DNA of 46,694 nucleotides from assembly GCA_018818345.1 (NCBI GenBank), contig JAHISI010000016.1, forward strand, positions 1 to 46,694, given 5' to 3'. This DNA is from Patescibacteria group bacterium (GTDB lineage Bacteria; Patescibacteriota; Dojkabacteria; SC72). A program made the translations under genes and the position numbers. Under the pieces are notes generated by a model. The model saw nothing but the letters and a program-made list of their open reading frames with translations, was not told the origin of the DNA and did no database searches. Every line of letters starts with the position of its first letter. Positions within the stretch are counted from its first letter, which is position 1. Positions 1 to 9,276 of the stretch are shown here, piece by piece.

Positions 1-16
1 AAAATATATTTACAAT

Positions 17-1804
17 ATGATGGATATAGTTCAAACCATACAAGAGAGGTTAGAGAAAGGAGTTCTAAGCTTAAACAGTAGCTTTAACAGAGAAAGAATC
101 CAGGTATCAGGTACGGACAATCCAACACATGGTGAATATACTTCAAATATTGCGATGCAACTTGCAGGAGAATTAAAGAAATCTCCAAGAGAGGTAGCAC
201 AGATCATTGTAGATGGTTTTGAAAAGGGTACGGAGATTGAGAAGGTTGAAATAGCAGGGCCAGGATTCATAAACTTCTACCTTTCTAATTCATATCTCAT
301 GAATGAGGTTAAAGAAATACTTAAACAGAAAGAGGACTATTTCAAACTTGATGTTAAAAAAGGGAAGAAGATTGTAATTGAATATACCGATCCTAATCCA
401 TTTAAAATACTTCATGTAGGTCACTTGTATACCAACATTGTTGGTGAATCATTCGCACGCCTCCAGGAGGCTCTAGGAGCCGATGTAAAGCGCGCAATAT
501 ATCAAGGTGATGTTGGATTGCATGTTGCTAAAACATTGTGGGGTTTGGAGAAGAAAATGAGAGAGGAAAATGTCGAATTTAGTAGCTTAGAATCATTGGA
601 TTTAACCAGTAGGGTTAAGTATTTAGGTGAGGCATATGTACTTGGTAGCGAGTACTATGATGAAAAAGAGGATGGACAAGCACAGGAGGAAATAGATAAT
701 CTGAACTACTACGTCTTCTCATTGTGCGTTCCTGAACTTCCGGAGAAAGACTTTAGTATTTACGAAAGAGAAGCTATTAAAGAGAAATATCTTGAAGGAA
801 GAGAGTGGTGTATGGAATATTTTGAAACCATATACAAGAAATTAGGTACTAAATTTGACTATTACTTCCTCGAAAGTGAGACCAGTAGCATTGGCTTGGA
901 TATGGTTATGAAGAATATGGATACGGTATTTAAGAAGGACGCAGGTGCAGTCATATATGAAGGAGAAGAATCAAAAGGTCTTCATACAAGGGTTTTTGTA
1001 AACAAACATGGTATCCCAACATACGAAGCTAAGGATTTGGGATTGGCATTTAAGAAGCATGAACTTATAGATTACGATGAATCAATTATCATCACCGGTA
1101 AAGAACAGGCTGGATATTTTAAGGTGATACTTGATGCTTTGGGTAAGATAGATAAGGATTTGGCAGAGAAGACAACACATATCCCACACGGGTTAATTAA
1201 GTCTGTAGATGGTAAAAAAATGTCTAGCCGTAAGGGTACAGCGGGCGCCGAGATGCTTATTGATACTACTGCTCAACAGGCTATGGAGATGATGAAGGAG
1301 AATGGTAGGGTGACTGAGGGTATTGAGGAGAAGAGTCAAAGAATAGCTATAGCAGCTATTAAATATGCATTTTTAAAGGTTGGAGTAGGTGGTGATATTG
1401 TATTTGATCAGACTAAGGCTTTGAGTTTTGATGGCGATACGGGTCCATATCTTTTGTATGTGTATGCAAGGTGTAAATCTTTGTTAAAAAACAATACGGA
1501 AATCGAAAATGGGGGAGATATTAACGAGGATATCCTCAAGAATGCCGCAGCGAAGAGCTTGACCGAGACACTTGGCAAATCTAAACAAATCCTGCTAGCT
1601 TCGGGTCTAAGCTACGCACCATCAACATTGTCCCAGTATATCTTCGATCTTGCACAATCTTTTAACAATTTCTATCAACAGGTTTCTGTATTAGAAGCTC
1701 CAGAAAAGGATAGAGCGTCTTTACTAGCAATTGTACAAGCTACAATGCTAACGATGAAGAATGGGTTAGAACTACTTGGCATAGGGGTGGTGGATGAGAT
1801 GTAA
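17..1804 (+). CDS. argS: Arginine--tRNA ligase
   Basis: HIGH-type motif PNPFKILHVGH, KMSSRKG, N-terminal GEYTSNIAMQLA/AGPGFINF and C-terminal DALR-like GDTGPYLLYVYAR. The start (17 or 20) is uncertain. Confidence 0.97.
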   Translation: MMDIVQTIQERLEKGVLSLNSSFNRERIQVSGTDNPTHGEYTSNIAMQLAGELKKSPREVAQIIVDGFEKGTEIEKVEIAGPGFINFYLSNSYLMNEVKEILKQKEDYFKLDVKKGKKIVIEYTDPNPFKILHVGHLYTNIVGESFARLQEALGADVKRAIYQGDVGLHVAKTLWGLEKKMREENVEFSSLESLDLTSRVKYLGEAYVLGSEYYDEKEDGQAQEEIDNLNYYVFSLCVPELPEKDFSIYEREAIKEKYLEGREWCMEYFETIYKKLGTKFDYYFLESETSSIGLDMVMKNMDTVFKKDAGAVIYEGEESKGLHTRVFVNKHGIPTYEAKDLGLAFKKHELIDYDESIIITGKEQAGYFKVILDALGKIDKDLAEKTTHIPHGLIKSVDGKKMSSRKGTAGAEMLIDTTAQQAMEMMKENGRVTEGIEEKSQRIAIAAIKYAFLKVGVGGDIVFDQTKALSFDGDTGPYLLYVYARCKSLLKNNTEIENGGDINEDILKNAAAKSLTETLGKSKQILLASGLSYAPSTLSQYIFDLAQSFNNFYQQVSVLEAPEKDRASLLAIVQATMLTMKNGLELLGIGVVDEM

Positions 1805-1811
1805 ATGAATA

Positions 1812-1885
1812 CGGGGTGTAGTTCAGATGGCTAGAACGCTACGTTCGGGACGTAGAGGTCGCTCGTTCAAGTCGAGTCACCCCGA
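1812..1885 (+). tRNA. tRNA-Pro(CGG), CCA not encoded
   Basis: Acceptor CGGGGTG/CACCCCG, anticodon arm CTACG-TTCGGGA-CGTAG, T-loop TTCAAGT. Confidence 0.95.
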
Positions 1886-1886
1886 T

Positions 1887-2888
1887 TTAGGAAATAGATG
1901 TTAACTGTCCACACGCTCCCTTAATATCACTTCCATACGAATATCTTAATGTATTAGTAATCCCTCTGCTGTCCAATATAGTTTGGAATGCTTCAATCCT
2001 TTTTCTAGTACTAGGTTCGTAGGAAATACCATTAACCTTGTTAAAGTTAATAAGGTTAACAAGCACAATCTGATTCTTAAGTAACTTAGCCAATTCCTTA
2101 GCACACTCAGGAGTATCAGTAACATCCTTAAGCATCAAATACTCGTAAGTAATCTTCTTGTTCCTCTTTTTCTGATCCTTAATCAATACCTCCATTAACT
2201 TGTCTAAAGGATTTAACTTCGCAACAGTAGGCATAAGCTTCTCCCGAAGCTTTTGATTAGGAGCATGAAGACTAATAGCAAGATTAACACCCATATCCTT
2301 CTTTAAAAACTCCTCCAATTGAGGAATATATCCAGAAGTAGACACAGTGACCCTTCTAGCACTCATTGCCATCACATTACTATCTGTTAGTAAATCGATA
2401 GACTCAGAAACATTTTTCAAATTGAGTAAGGGCTCACCCATACCCATATACACAATATTGGTAATCTTCTCACCGGTAGCCTTCAACTTCCTTTGGAAAT
2501 ACATAATCTGATCCATAATCTCGTGGGTAGAGAGGCTTTTGTTCAAACCCATTCTCCCAGTAGCACAAAATTTACAACCCACAGGGCAACCACTCATACA
2601 GCTAATACACACGGTAATACGATCTTTGTTGCGCATTAACACACTCTCAACAGGAAAACCTTCCTTGGTATTTGCCAAAACCTTAATAGTCTTGTGATCA
2701 GAAGAGGGGAATTCAGTAAAATCATCTAATTCAGTAAAAGGGACCTCCTCCTTAAGCTTCTCTCTTAGGTCTTTAGGCCAATTAGTAAGTTCATCCCATG
2801 AGGAAATCACTTGCTTGAAGTACTGGTCATACAGCTGTTGTATTCTGTAACCCCGCACATTGTTGTTCTTAAGGAATCTTTTAAACAT
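1887..2888 (-). CDS. rlmN: 23S rRNA (adenine2503-C2)-methyltransferase RlmN, radical SAM
   Basis: CxxxCxxC (GCPVGCKFC), MGMGEPL, ISLHAP and terminal GACGQL. Confidence 0.93.
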   Translation of the reverse strand: MFKRFLKNNNVRGYRIQQLYDQYFKQVISSWDELTNWPKDLREKLKEEVPFTELDDFTEFPSSDHKTIKVLANTKEGFPVESVLMRNKDRITVCISCMSGCPVGCKFCATGRMGLNKSLSTHEIMDQIMYFQRKLKATGEKITNIVYMGMGEPLLNLKNVSESIDLLTDSNVMAMSARRVTVSTSGYIPQLEEFLKKDMGVNLAISLHAPNQKLREKLMPTVAKLNPLDKLMEVLIKDQKKRNKKITYEYLMLKDVTDTPECAKELAKLLKNQIVLVNLINFNKVNGISYEPSTRKRIEAFQTILDSRGITNTLRYSYGSDIKGACGQLTSIS

Positions 2889-2916
2889 ATGCCCATTATA
2901 TTGTTCTTTCGTGTGA

Positions 2917-2945
2917 TTTACAAACTAATCGTTCTCCTCTAATAT
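2917..2945 (+). promoter_or_regulatory. Sigma70-type promoter of the RuBisCO gene
   Basis: TTTACA-17 bp-TAATAT. The ATG at 2948 would lie upstream of the predicted +1, favouring the ATG at 2975. Confidence 0.5.
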
Positions 2946-2974
2946 GTATGTATCTAATTAAACATATTGCCCCT

Positions 2975-4351
2975 ATGGTTATTGGAGCTACACACAACGG
3001 TTACATCGCCCCAAAAGGCTGGAAACCTAAGAATCCTGATGAGAATTACATCATTACATATCTCGACATTGAGCTTGCGAATGGCATTGGCATGGAGAAA
3101 TTTGAGGATGTGGTGGCAGCTTGTGCTGCAGAAAGTTCGACCGGTACATGGACAGATGTATATTCTGGAAGAGATTCTGGTGTAAAGATGGCAGAGAAGC
3201 TTAAGGCTGTAGCATTTGATCTAGAACCAGAGACTAAAACATTCAAGATAGCGTACAAGAAGGAACTCTTCGAATTAGACAATATGTCAGGAATATTGGC
3301 AGGAGTGGTAGGGAATATCGATGGAATGAAGATGCTTAAGGCATTCCGATGCTTAGATATTCGTTTTCCTAAAGATATTATTCAATCATTTCAAGGTCCG
3401 CAGTTTGGAATTGATGGGATGAGAGAGCTTTTACATGTTGAAGAAGGCCCATTGCTTTGTACTGTTCCTAAACCAAAAGTAGGACGTACAGCCAAGGAAC
3501 AGGCAAAGTTGGCAGAGATACTTTTTAGTGCTGCAAATGCTCAATATCATGGTATTAAGGACGACGAGAATCTAACAAGTCTGAAATTTAATACCTTTGA
3601 TGACAGGTGTGAGTTGATACATAAGGTAGTGAGAGAGGTAGAAAGAAAGACTGGACAAAGAAAGTTCTATCTATGTAATGTAACGCACTCAAATCTGGAT
3701 GTGATGATTCAAAGAGCAGACAAGATCAAAGCTCAAGGGGGTAGATGGATGATGATGGATATTGTTACTACTGGATTTAGCGCAATCCAGACTATGAGAA
3801 TGCATAACCCGGGATTGGCAATACATGCGCATCGAGCGATGCATAGCCTTTTTGACAGAGAATCGGGACCGGGAGTGTATGACAAGGGCGAAATCAAGGA
3901 TTTCTCTATGTCTATGATCGTGACTGCCAAGATAATGAGAATGTTAGGTGTAGATTCACTTCATGGTGGAGCTCCAAATACTAAGATGGAGAACTACGGT
4001 GAACCTAAGCTCATTAGAGATGCGTTGCAGTTGGATATTACTCCTGCGTCTAGCATGACCTTGGGACAGAACTGGTATGGGATGAAACCCGTATGGCATG
4101 TGGCTTCAGGTGGTTTACACCCAGGTACTATCCCTGAGGTCTTACATCAACTTGGAGAAGACATAATCATCCAGACTGGTGGTGGAGTTCTTGGACATCC
4201 ATGGGGCATAGAGGCGGGTGTAGAGGCCGTAATTCAAGCAAAGGATGTGGCATTAGGCAGAGGAAACATGGAGCAATGGATTATCGAACATCCAGATACT
4301 GCATTAGCTAAAGCTGCGCATCATTGGGGATTTGGTCCTAAGATCGTTTAA
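2975..4351 (+). CDS. rbcL: RuBisCO large subunit, form III-like (ORF track start 2948; 2975 preferred)
   Basis: AAESSTGTWT, GNIDGMK, PKPKVG, KDDENL, IHAHRAMH, LHGG..TKME, ASGGLHPG and GGGVLGHP cover the canonical RuBisCO active-site motifs. Confidence 0.93.
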   Translation: MVIGATHNGYIAPKGWKPKNPDENYIITYLDIELANGIGMEKFEDVVAACAAESSTGTWTDVYSGRDSGVKMAEKLKAVAFDLEPETKTFKIAYKKELFELDNMSGILAGVVGNIDGMKMLKAFRCLDIRFPKDIIQSFQGPQFGIDGMRELLHVEEGPLLCTVPKPKVGRTAKEQAKLAEILFSAANAQYHGIKDDENLTSLKFNTFDDRCELIHKVVREVERKTGQRKFYLCNVTHSNLDVMIQRADKIKAQGGRWMMMDIVTTGFSAIQTMRMHNPGLAIHAHRAMHSLFDRESGPGVYDKGEIKDFSMSMIVTAKIMRMLGVDSLHGGAPNTKMENYGEPKLIRDALQLDITPASSMTLGQNWYGMKPVWHVASGGLHPGTIPEVLHQLGEDIIIQTGGGVLGHPWGIEAGVEAVIQAKDVALGRGNMEQWIIEHPDTALAKAAHHWGFGPKIV

Positions 4352-4354
4352 TCG

Positions 4355-4513
4355 AGGCGAGGCCTTGAGAACCCATAGCCATGTAAAATGACTTTAAATA
4401 TAGTATCCCCTTGTTTTAAAACGTTCTAATCAAGGTGAAGCCTTGGCTGAAATTGTTCTTGCAAGCTTTTTGTTTTAAAAGAGTCGCTATGGGATTTGTA
4501 GGCGAGGCCTTGA
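4355..4513. repeat. 14-bp direct repeats enclosing inverted repeats
   Basis: AGGCGAGGCCTTGA at 4355-4368 and 4500-4513. CCCATAGC (4372-4379) is the reverse complement of GCTATGGG (4486-4493). Confidence 0.7.
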
Positions 4514-4531
4514 TGCTGTAAAATGTCCGTT

Positions 4532-6001
4532 ATGGCAGACAAAGGAATCACATCTAGAACACAAGATTTCTCACAATGGTATTTAGATATCATAGAGAGA
4601 GCGGAATTAGCAGAGAACTCTGCTGTAAGAGGTTGTATGGTCATTAAGCCATATGGCTACGCTATATGGGAGAACATACAGAAGGAATTAGACAGAAGAA
4701 TCAAAGCTAGCGGTCACAAAAATGCATATTTCCCATTGCTCATACCTAAGTCATTCTTTACCAAAGAAGCATCTCATGTTAAGGGTTTTGCTAAAGAATG
4801 TGCAGTAGTAACACATTACAGATTAAAAGAATCTCCAGATGGAAAAGGGATTGTGGTAGATGAGGATGCAAAATTAGAAGAGGAATTGATTATCAGACCA
4901 ACCTCAGAAACCATTATCTACGATACCTTCTCAAGATGGATTACCTCTTGGAGAGATCTTCCAATGAAGATCAATCAGTGGGCAAATATTATGAGATGGG
5001 AGAAGCGAACGAGGCCTTTCCTAAGAACATCTGAGTTCTTGTGGCAAGAAGGACATACTGTGTATGCAACTGAAGAGGAGAATATTAAAGAAGTTATGGA
5101 TATGCTTCAGATGTATGTAGATTTTGCTAGGGATACTCTTGCAGTAGAAACATATTCTGGAAGAAAGTCTGAGAGCGAGAAGTTCGCAGGCGCAGTGAAT
5201 ACCTTCGGAGTAGAAGCAATGATGCCTGATGGAAAATCATTGCAATTTGGTACCTCACACGACCTTGGACAGAACTTCGCGAAGGCATTTGATATTAAAT
5301 TCGCAGACAAAGATGGTACTGTTAAAACACCATACCAGAATAGCTGGGGTGTAAGTACAAGAATGATGGGCGCATTAATTATGACCCACAGTGATGATAA
5401 CGGATTGGTATTACCACCAAGCGTGGCTCCAATTAAGGTTGTCATTGTCCCAATATCTAAGGATGAGAACAGGGACACTGTAATGGAATATTGTAATAAC
5501 ATAGTAGAGGAGCTTAAGACAGAGATAGAAGAAGTCGAATTGGATGCTAGAGATTTTGTATCTCCTGGTTACAAATTCAATGAATGGGAGAAAAAAGGTG
5601 TGCCTGTAAGAATGGAGATAGGGGAAAGAGATATTCAGAATGGTGGAGTTACTATGGTAAGAAGAGATACAAATGAAAAGATGTTCGTGGAACGCTCACA
5701 GGTATTAGAATATACCAAGAATCTACTAAATGAGATTCAGAATAGTTTGTTGAATAGATCACAGTCGATTATTAGGAACAACACTCATGCAGTTGAGTCA
5801 TATGATGGGCTTAAAACGATGATGAAGGGTGAAAAAGGATATGCAAAAGTATACTGGTGCGGAGATCCAAAATGCGAGGAGAGTATAAAGGCAGAAACCA
5901 AGGCTACGACTAGATGTATTGCAGAGGAAGACGTATCTGGGAAGTGTATATACTGCGGGAAGGATTCTAAAGAAGCTTGGTATATAGCGCAATCTTACTA
6001 G
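4532..6001 (+). CDS. proS: Proline--tRNA ligase, archaeal/eukaryotic-type (ORF track start 4523)
   Basis: DFSQWY, IIRPTSET, PFLRTSEFLWQEGHT, GTSHDLGQNF, SWGVSTR and a C-terminal Cys cluster. Promoter TTGTAG-17-TAAAAT ends 7 nt before ATG 4532. Confidence 0.96.
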   Translation: MADKGITSRTQDFSQWYLDIIERAELAENSAVRGCMVIKPYGYAIWENIQKELDRRIKASGHKNAYFPLLIPKSFFTKEASHVKGFAKECAVVTHYRLKESPDGKGIVVDEDAKLEEELIIRPTSETIIYDTFSRWITSWRDLPMKINQWANIMRWEKRTRPFLRTSEFLWQEGHTVYATEEENIKEVMDMLQMYVDFARDTLAVETYSGRKSESEKFAGAVNTFGVEAMMPDGKSLQFGTSHDLGQNFAKAFDIKFADKDGTVKTPYQNSWGVSTRMMGALIMTHSDDNGLVLPPSVAPIKVVIVPISKDENRDTVMEYCNNIVEELKTEIEEVELDARDFVSPGYKFNEWEKKGVPVRMEIGERDIQNGGVTMVRRDTNEKMFVERSQVLEYTKNLLNEIQNSLLNRSQSIIRNNTHAVESYDGLKTMMKGEKGYAKVYWCGDPKCEESIKAETKATTRCIAEEDVSGKCIYCGKDSKEAWYIAQSY

Positions 6002-6212
6002 GTGAAACGGAGCGAAATCCGCTATTTTCTTAAACCTCAAAACTGTTCAAATTGACCATGCTGATGGCATGCTATTAAAATTCTCAAAAATTGAAGTTTG
6101 ATGAACTATTGGTTTTGGAATAAGTGTTTGCTCGTGATGTACTCATTATTTACACCTGGGCCCTCTTATAGACCCGTAGTATTTTGCGGTCAAAAGGAGG
6201 TAATAAGTTTCA

Positions 6213-9062
6213 CTATTCTAAATTCTTTAGATATTTCTTGAGATACTTTCCAGTCCAACTCTTAGGATTTTCCATTACATCTTCGACGGTACCTTCGGCA
6301 ACTATGTAACCACCCTTGTCTCCTCCCTCTGGACCTAGATCCACGATCCAATCTGCGAACTTAATGATGTCCAAGTTATGTTCCACACATATAACGGTGT
6401 GTCCTTTATCAACTAAACCCTTAAGTAGGGTGAGTAGTTTATCTATATCATGGTAATGGAGCCCAGTTGTTGGTTCATCCAATATATACATGGCATGACC
6501 ACGAGACATCTTAGATAATTCCTTTGCTAACTTGATTCTTTGAGACTCTCCACCTGATAGAGTGAGAGCTGATTGCCCTAATTGTATGTATCCCAAGCCA
6601 ACTTCATTGAGTACCGATAGCTTCCTATATATAGAAGGAATATTCTTAAAGAACTCCAATGCGTCTTCTACTGTCATATTTAAGACATCTGAGATATTCT
6701 TTCCCTTATAATCTACCTGTAATGCTTCTTCATTATATCTTTTCCCATTACATGCATCGCAAGTAACATACATATCAGGCAAGAATTGCATTTCAACTTT
6801 GATCTGACCATCACCCTGACATTTCTCACATCTTCCACCCTTAACATTGAAACTAAATCTATTGGTCCCATATCCTCTTGCCTTGGCTTCCTTGGTATTC
6901 GCAAATAGCTCTCGAATTGCAGTGAAAACACCTGTGTAAGTGGCTGGATTTGACCTTGGTGTTCGACCTATAGGCGATTGGTCGATATCAATAATTTGAT
7001 TAATTTTCTCCACTCCCTCGATCGATTTATATGATCCTTCCTGTTGTTTTGAATGCATAACTTTATTCATCAGTACTGGATAGAGTGTATCGTTTATCAA
7101 TGAAGACTTCCCACTGCCAGAAACGCCAGTTATACAGATGAATTGGTTTAACGGGATTTCCAGATTTACATCCTTAAGATTGTGAGTAGTGAGCCCTGTG
7201 AGTTTTAACATATCCTTTTTATCTGCCTTCTGGTTATGCTTAAGCTTTTGTCCGACAGAGAGCTCTTTGTTTAGATACTTGGCAGTAAGTGAGCCGCTGT
7301 GCTTGATATTGTCTATTGTACCTTCTGCTACTACTAAACCACCATGCTTGCCTGCATTAGGACCAATATCGACTACCCAGTCGGCACATCTTATAGTTTC
7401 TTCGTCGTGTTCGACCACTATGACAGAATTGCCGGTATCTCGAAGGTTTTCGAGGGATTTTATCAACTTTGATACATCTCTTTGATGTAATCCAATTGAA
7501 GGTTCGTCAAGCACATAAAGGACTCCTGTAAGTCCAGTACCGATTTGTGATGCTAATCGTATTCTTTGTGATTCTCCACCCGAAAGAGTGGTAGCTTTTC
7601 TAGAAAGAGTTAGATAGTCTAGTCCAACATTGGTTAGGAAGTTCAATCTTGAGAGAATTTCCTTAATAATTGGTTTAGCAATCTCTGCTTTATTCCCTTT
7701 TAGCTCTATTGATCCAAAGAATGAGATTAATTCACTAATGGAGGTATTGGTTATCTCGTCTATGTTCTTTTCGTTGATAGTTACTGCGAGCGTATATGGT
7801 TTTAATCGTTTGCCATTACATGCATCACAAACTCTTTCTACCATGTACTTTTCAGTTTCGAGTCTTGAATAGTCTGAAGAAGTCTCTTTGTATCTTCGGT
7901 TTAATTCATTTATTACGCCTTCGTATTCTGCATCATATATCTTAGTTCTACCAAATCTATTGGTATATTGGATAGTATATGTCTCTTTTGCGCCTTTGCC
8001 ATAGAAGATGAGGTCAAATATCTCTGGTGAATAGTTCTTGATTTGTGTTTTAAGATCAAAATGGTGCTCTGCAGCTACACTTTGTAATATCTTTAATGTC
8101 CACGAATCTTTACTTGTTCTGTTGCTCCATGGGAAGATTCCACCTTCAGATATGGTTAGATTAGGGTTGTAGAGTAGGTTTATATCTAACTCCTTAAGTA
8201 TCCCTAAGCCTGCACACTTTGGACATGCTCCTTCTGGAGCATTAAATGAGAAGCTGGCTGGCACTATTTTAGGATATGATATGCCACAGGTAGGACAAGT
8301 GTTGTTTTCGGAGAAGAATAGGGGCTCTTCGCCTTCTATTAATACTTTAACTTCACCTTTTGATTGAACAACTGCAAGCTCTATGGCGTCTGTAAGACGT
8401 TTTTGTTCTACATTCTTACCATCTAAACGGTCTATTACGAGGTCAATATCGTGTTTTTTGTATTCATCTAGCTTAATATTTTCAATATCATCAAGCATAT
8501 ATGTATTACCATCAACGATTATTCTGAGAAACCCTCGTGCTAGCAACTTCTCAAACAGTGAAGAAAACTCGCCCTTGCGGTTCTTTATCAATGGTGAAAC
8601 CACTTGGAACTTCTTGGTAGAGCCTTTGAGATGTTTGAGTACTTTTTGTGTTATTTCTTGAATGGTTTGTGCTTCAACTGGTGTATGACAATTTGGACAG
8701 TGGGCGATGCCAATATTCCCATACAGTAATCGAAGGTAACTATATATTTCAGTAATGGTTCCGACTGTAGACCTAGGATTCGATCCTGCGGTCTTCTGAT
8801 CGATTGAGATGGCTGGGGAGAGTCCTTCTATGGAATCTACATCTGGTTTCTTCATAACGCCTAGAAACTGCCTTGCATACGACGAGAGAGACTCTACATA
8901 TCTTCGTTGGCCTTCTGCATACAATGTATCAAAAGCTAAGGAGGATTTTCCACTACCGGAGACTCCGGTTATGACTACTAATTTGTTCTTAGGGATATCA
9001 AGCGATATATTCTGAAGGTTATTCTCTCTTGCACCCCTTATTTTTATATATTCTTGTTTCAT
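6213..9062 (-). CDS. uvrA: Excinuclease ABC subunit A
   Basis: Two GVSGSGKSSL Walker A motifs, two LSGGESQRI signatures, zinc fingers and RTPRSNPATY. Confidence 0.98.
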   Translation of the reverse strand: MKQEYIKIRGARENNLQNISLDIPKNKLVVITGVSGSGKSSLAFDTLYAEGQRRYVESLSSYARQFLGVMKKPDVDSIEGLSPAISIDQKTAGSNPRSTVGTITEIYSYLRLLYGNIGIAHCPNCHTPVEAQTIQEITQKVLKHLKGSTKKFQVVSPLIKNRKGEFSSLFEKLLARGFLRIIVDGNTYMLDDIENIKLDEYKKHDIDLVIDRLDGKNVEQKRLTDAIELAVVQSKGEVKVLIEGEEPLFFSENNTCPTCGISYPKIVPASFSFNAPEGACPKCAGLGILKELDINLLYNPNLTISEGGIFPWSNRTSKDSWTLKILQSVAAEHHFDLKTQIKNYSPEIFDLIFYGKGAKETYTIQYTNRFGRTKIYDAEYEGVINELNRRYKETSSDYSRLETEKYMVERVCDACNGKRLKPYTLAVTINEKNIDEITNTSISELISFFGSIELKGNKAEIAKPIIKEILSRLNFLTNVGLDYLTLSRKATTLSGGESQRIRLASQIGTGLTGVLYVLDEPSIGLHQRDVSKLIKSLENLRDTGNSVIVVEHDEETIRCADWVVDIGPNAGKHGGLVVAEGTIDNIKHSGSLTAKYLNKELSVGQKLKHNQKADKKDMLKLTGLTTHNLKDVNLEIPLNQFICITGVSGSGKSSLINDTLYPVLMNKVMHSKQQEGSYKSIEGVEKINQIIDIDQSPIGRTPRSNPATYTGVFTAIRELFANTKEAKARGYGTNRFSFNVKGGRCEKCQGDGQIKVEMQFLPDMYVTCDACNGKRYNEEALQVDYKGKNISDVLNMTVEDALEFFKNIPSIYRKLSVLNEVGLGYIQLGQSALTLSGGESQRIKLAKELSKMSRGHAMYILDEPTTGLHYHDIDKLLTLLKGLVDKGHTVICVEHNLDIIKFADWIVDLGPEGGDKGGYIVAEGTVEDVMENPKSWTGKYLKKYLKNLE

Positions 9063-9199
9063 TGCAATGTAGATTATACCACGGAAAAGGGGGATTTATA
9101 ACCCTATAGAAAAACGAATTTTAGTTAAATGTCCCATATAGTTGTTGTTGCAAAAGGGTTTGTGGATATGCTAAGCTTGTGGTTGTGAATTATTGATAA

Positions 9200-9274
9200 G
9201 CACCTGTAGCTCAATCTGGATAGAGCAACACACTCCTAACGTGTAGGTTGTCGGTCCGACTCCGGCCAGGTGCG
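9200..9274 (+). tRNA. tRNA-Arg(CCT) with atypical T-loop (TCC) and an A-C mismatch at the end of the anticodon stem
   Basis: Acceptor GCACCTG/CAGGTGC, D-arm GCTC..GAGC, anticodon loop CTCCTAA, T-arm GTCGG-TCCGACT-CCGGC. Confidence 0.88.
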
Positions 9275-9276
9275 TT

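Noticed and set aside
2948..4351. Form IV RuBisCO-like protein, or a Calvin cycle
   Set aside because: All catalytic motifs, including H294/R295 and the loop-6 Lys, are present, so it is not an RLP. No rbcS or prk is in the window, so autotrophy is unsupported.
9113..9128. LexA box upstream of uvrA (CGAATTTTAGTTA)
   Set aside because: Two mismatches to GAAC-N4-GTTC in AT-rich DNA, and no better copy at radC or dprA.
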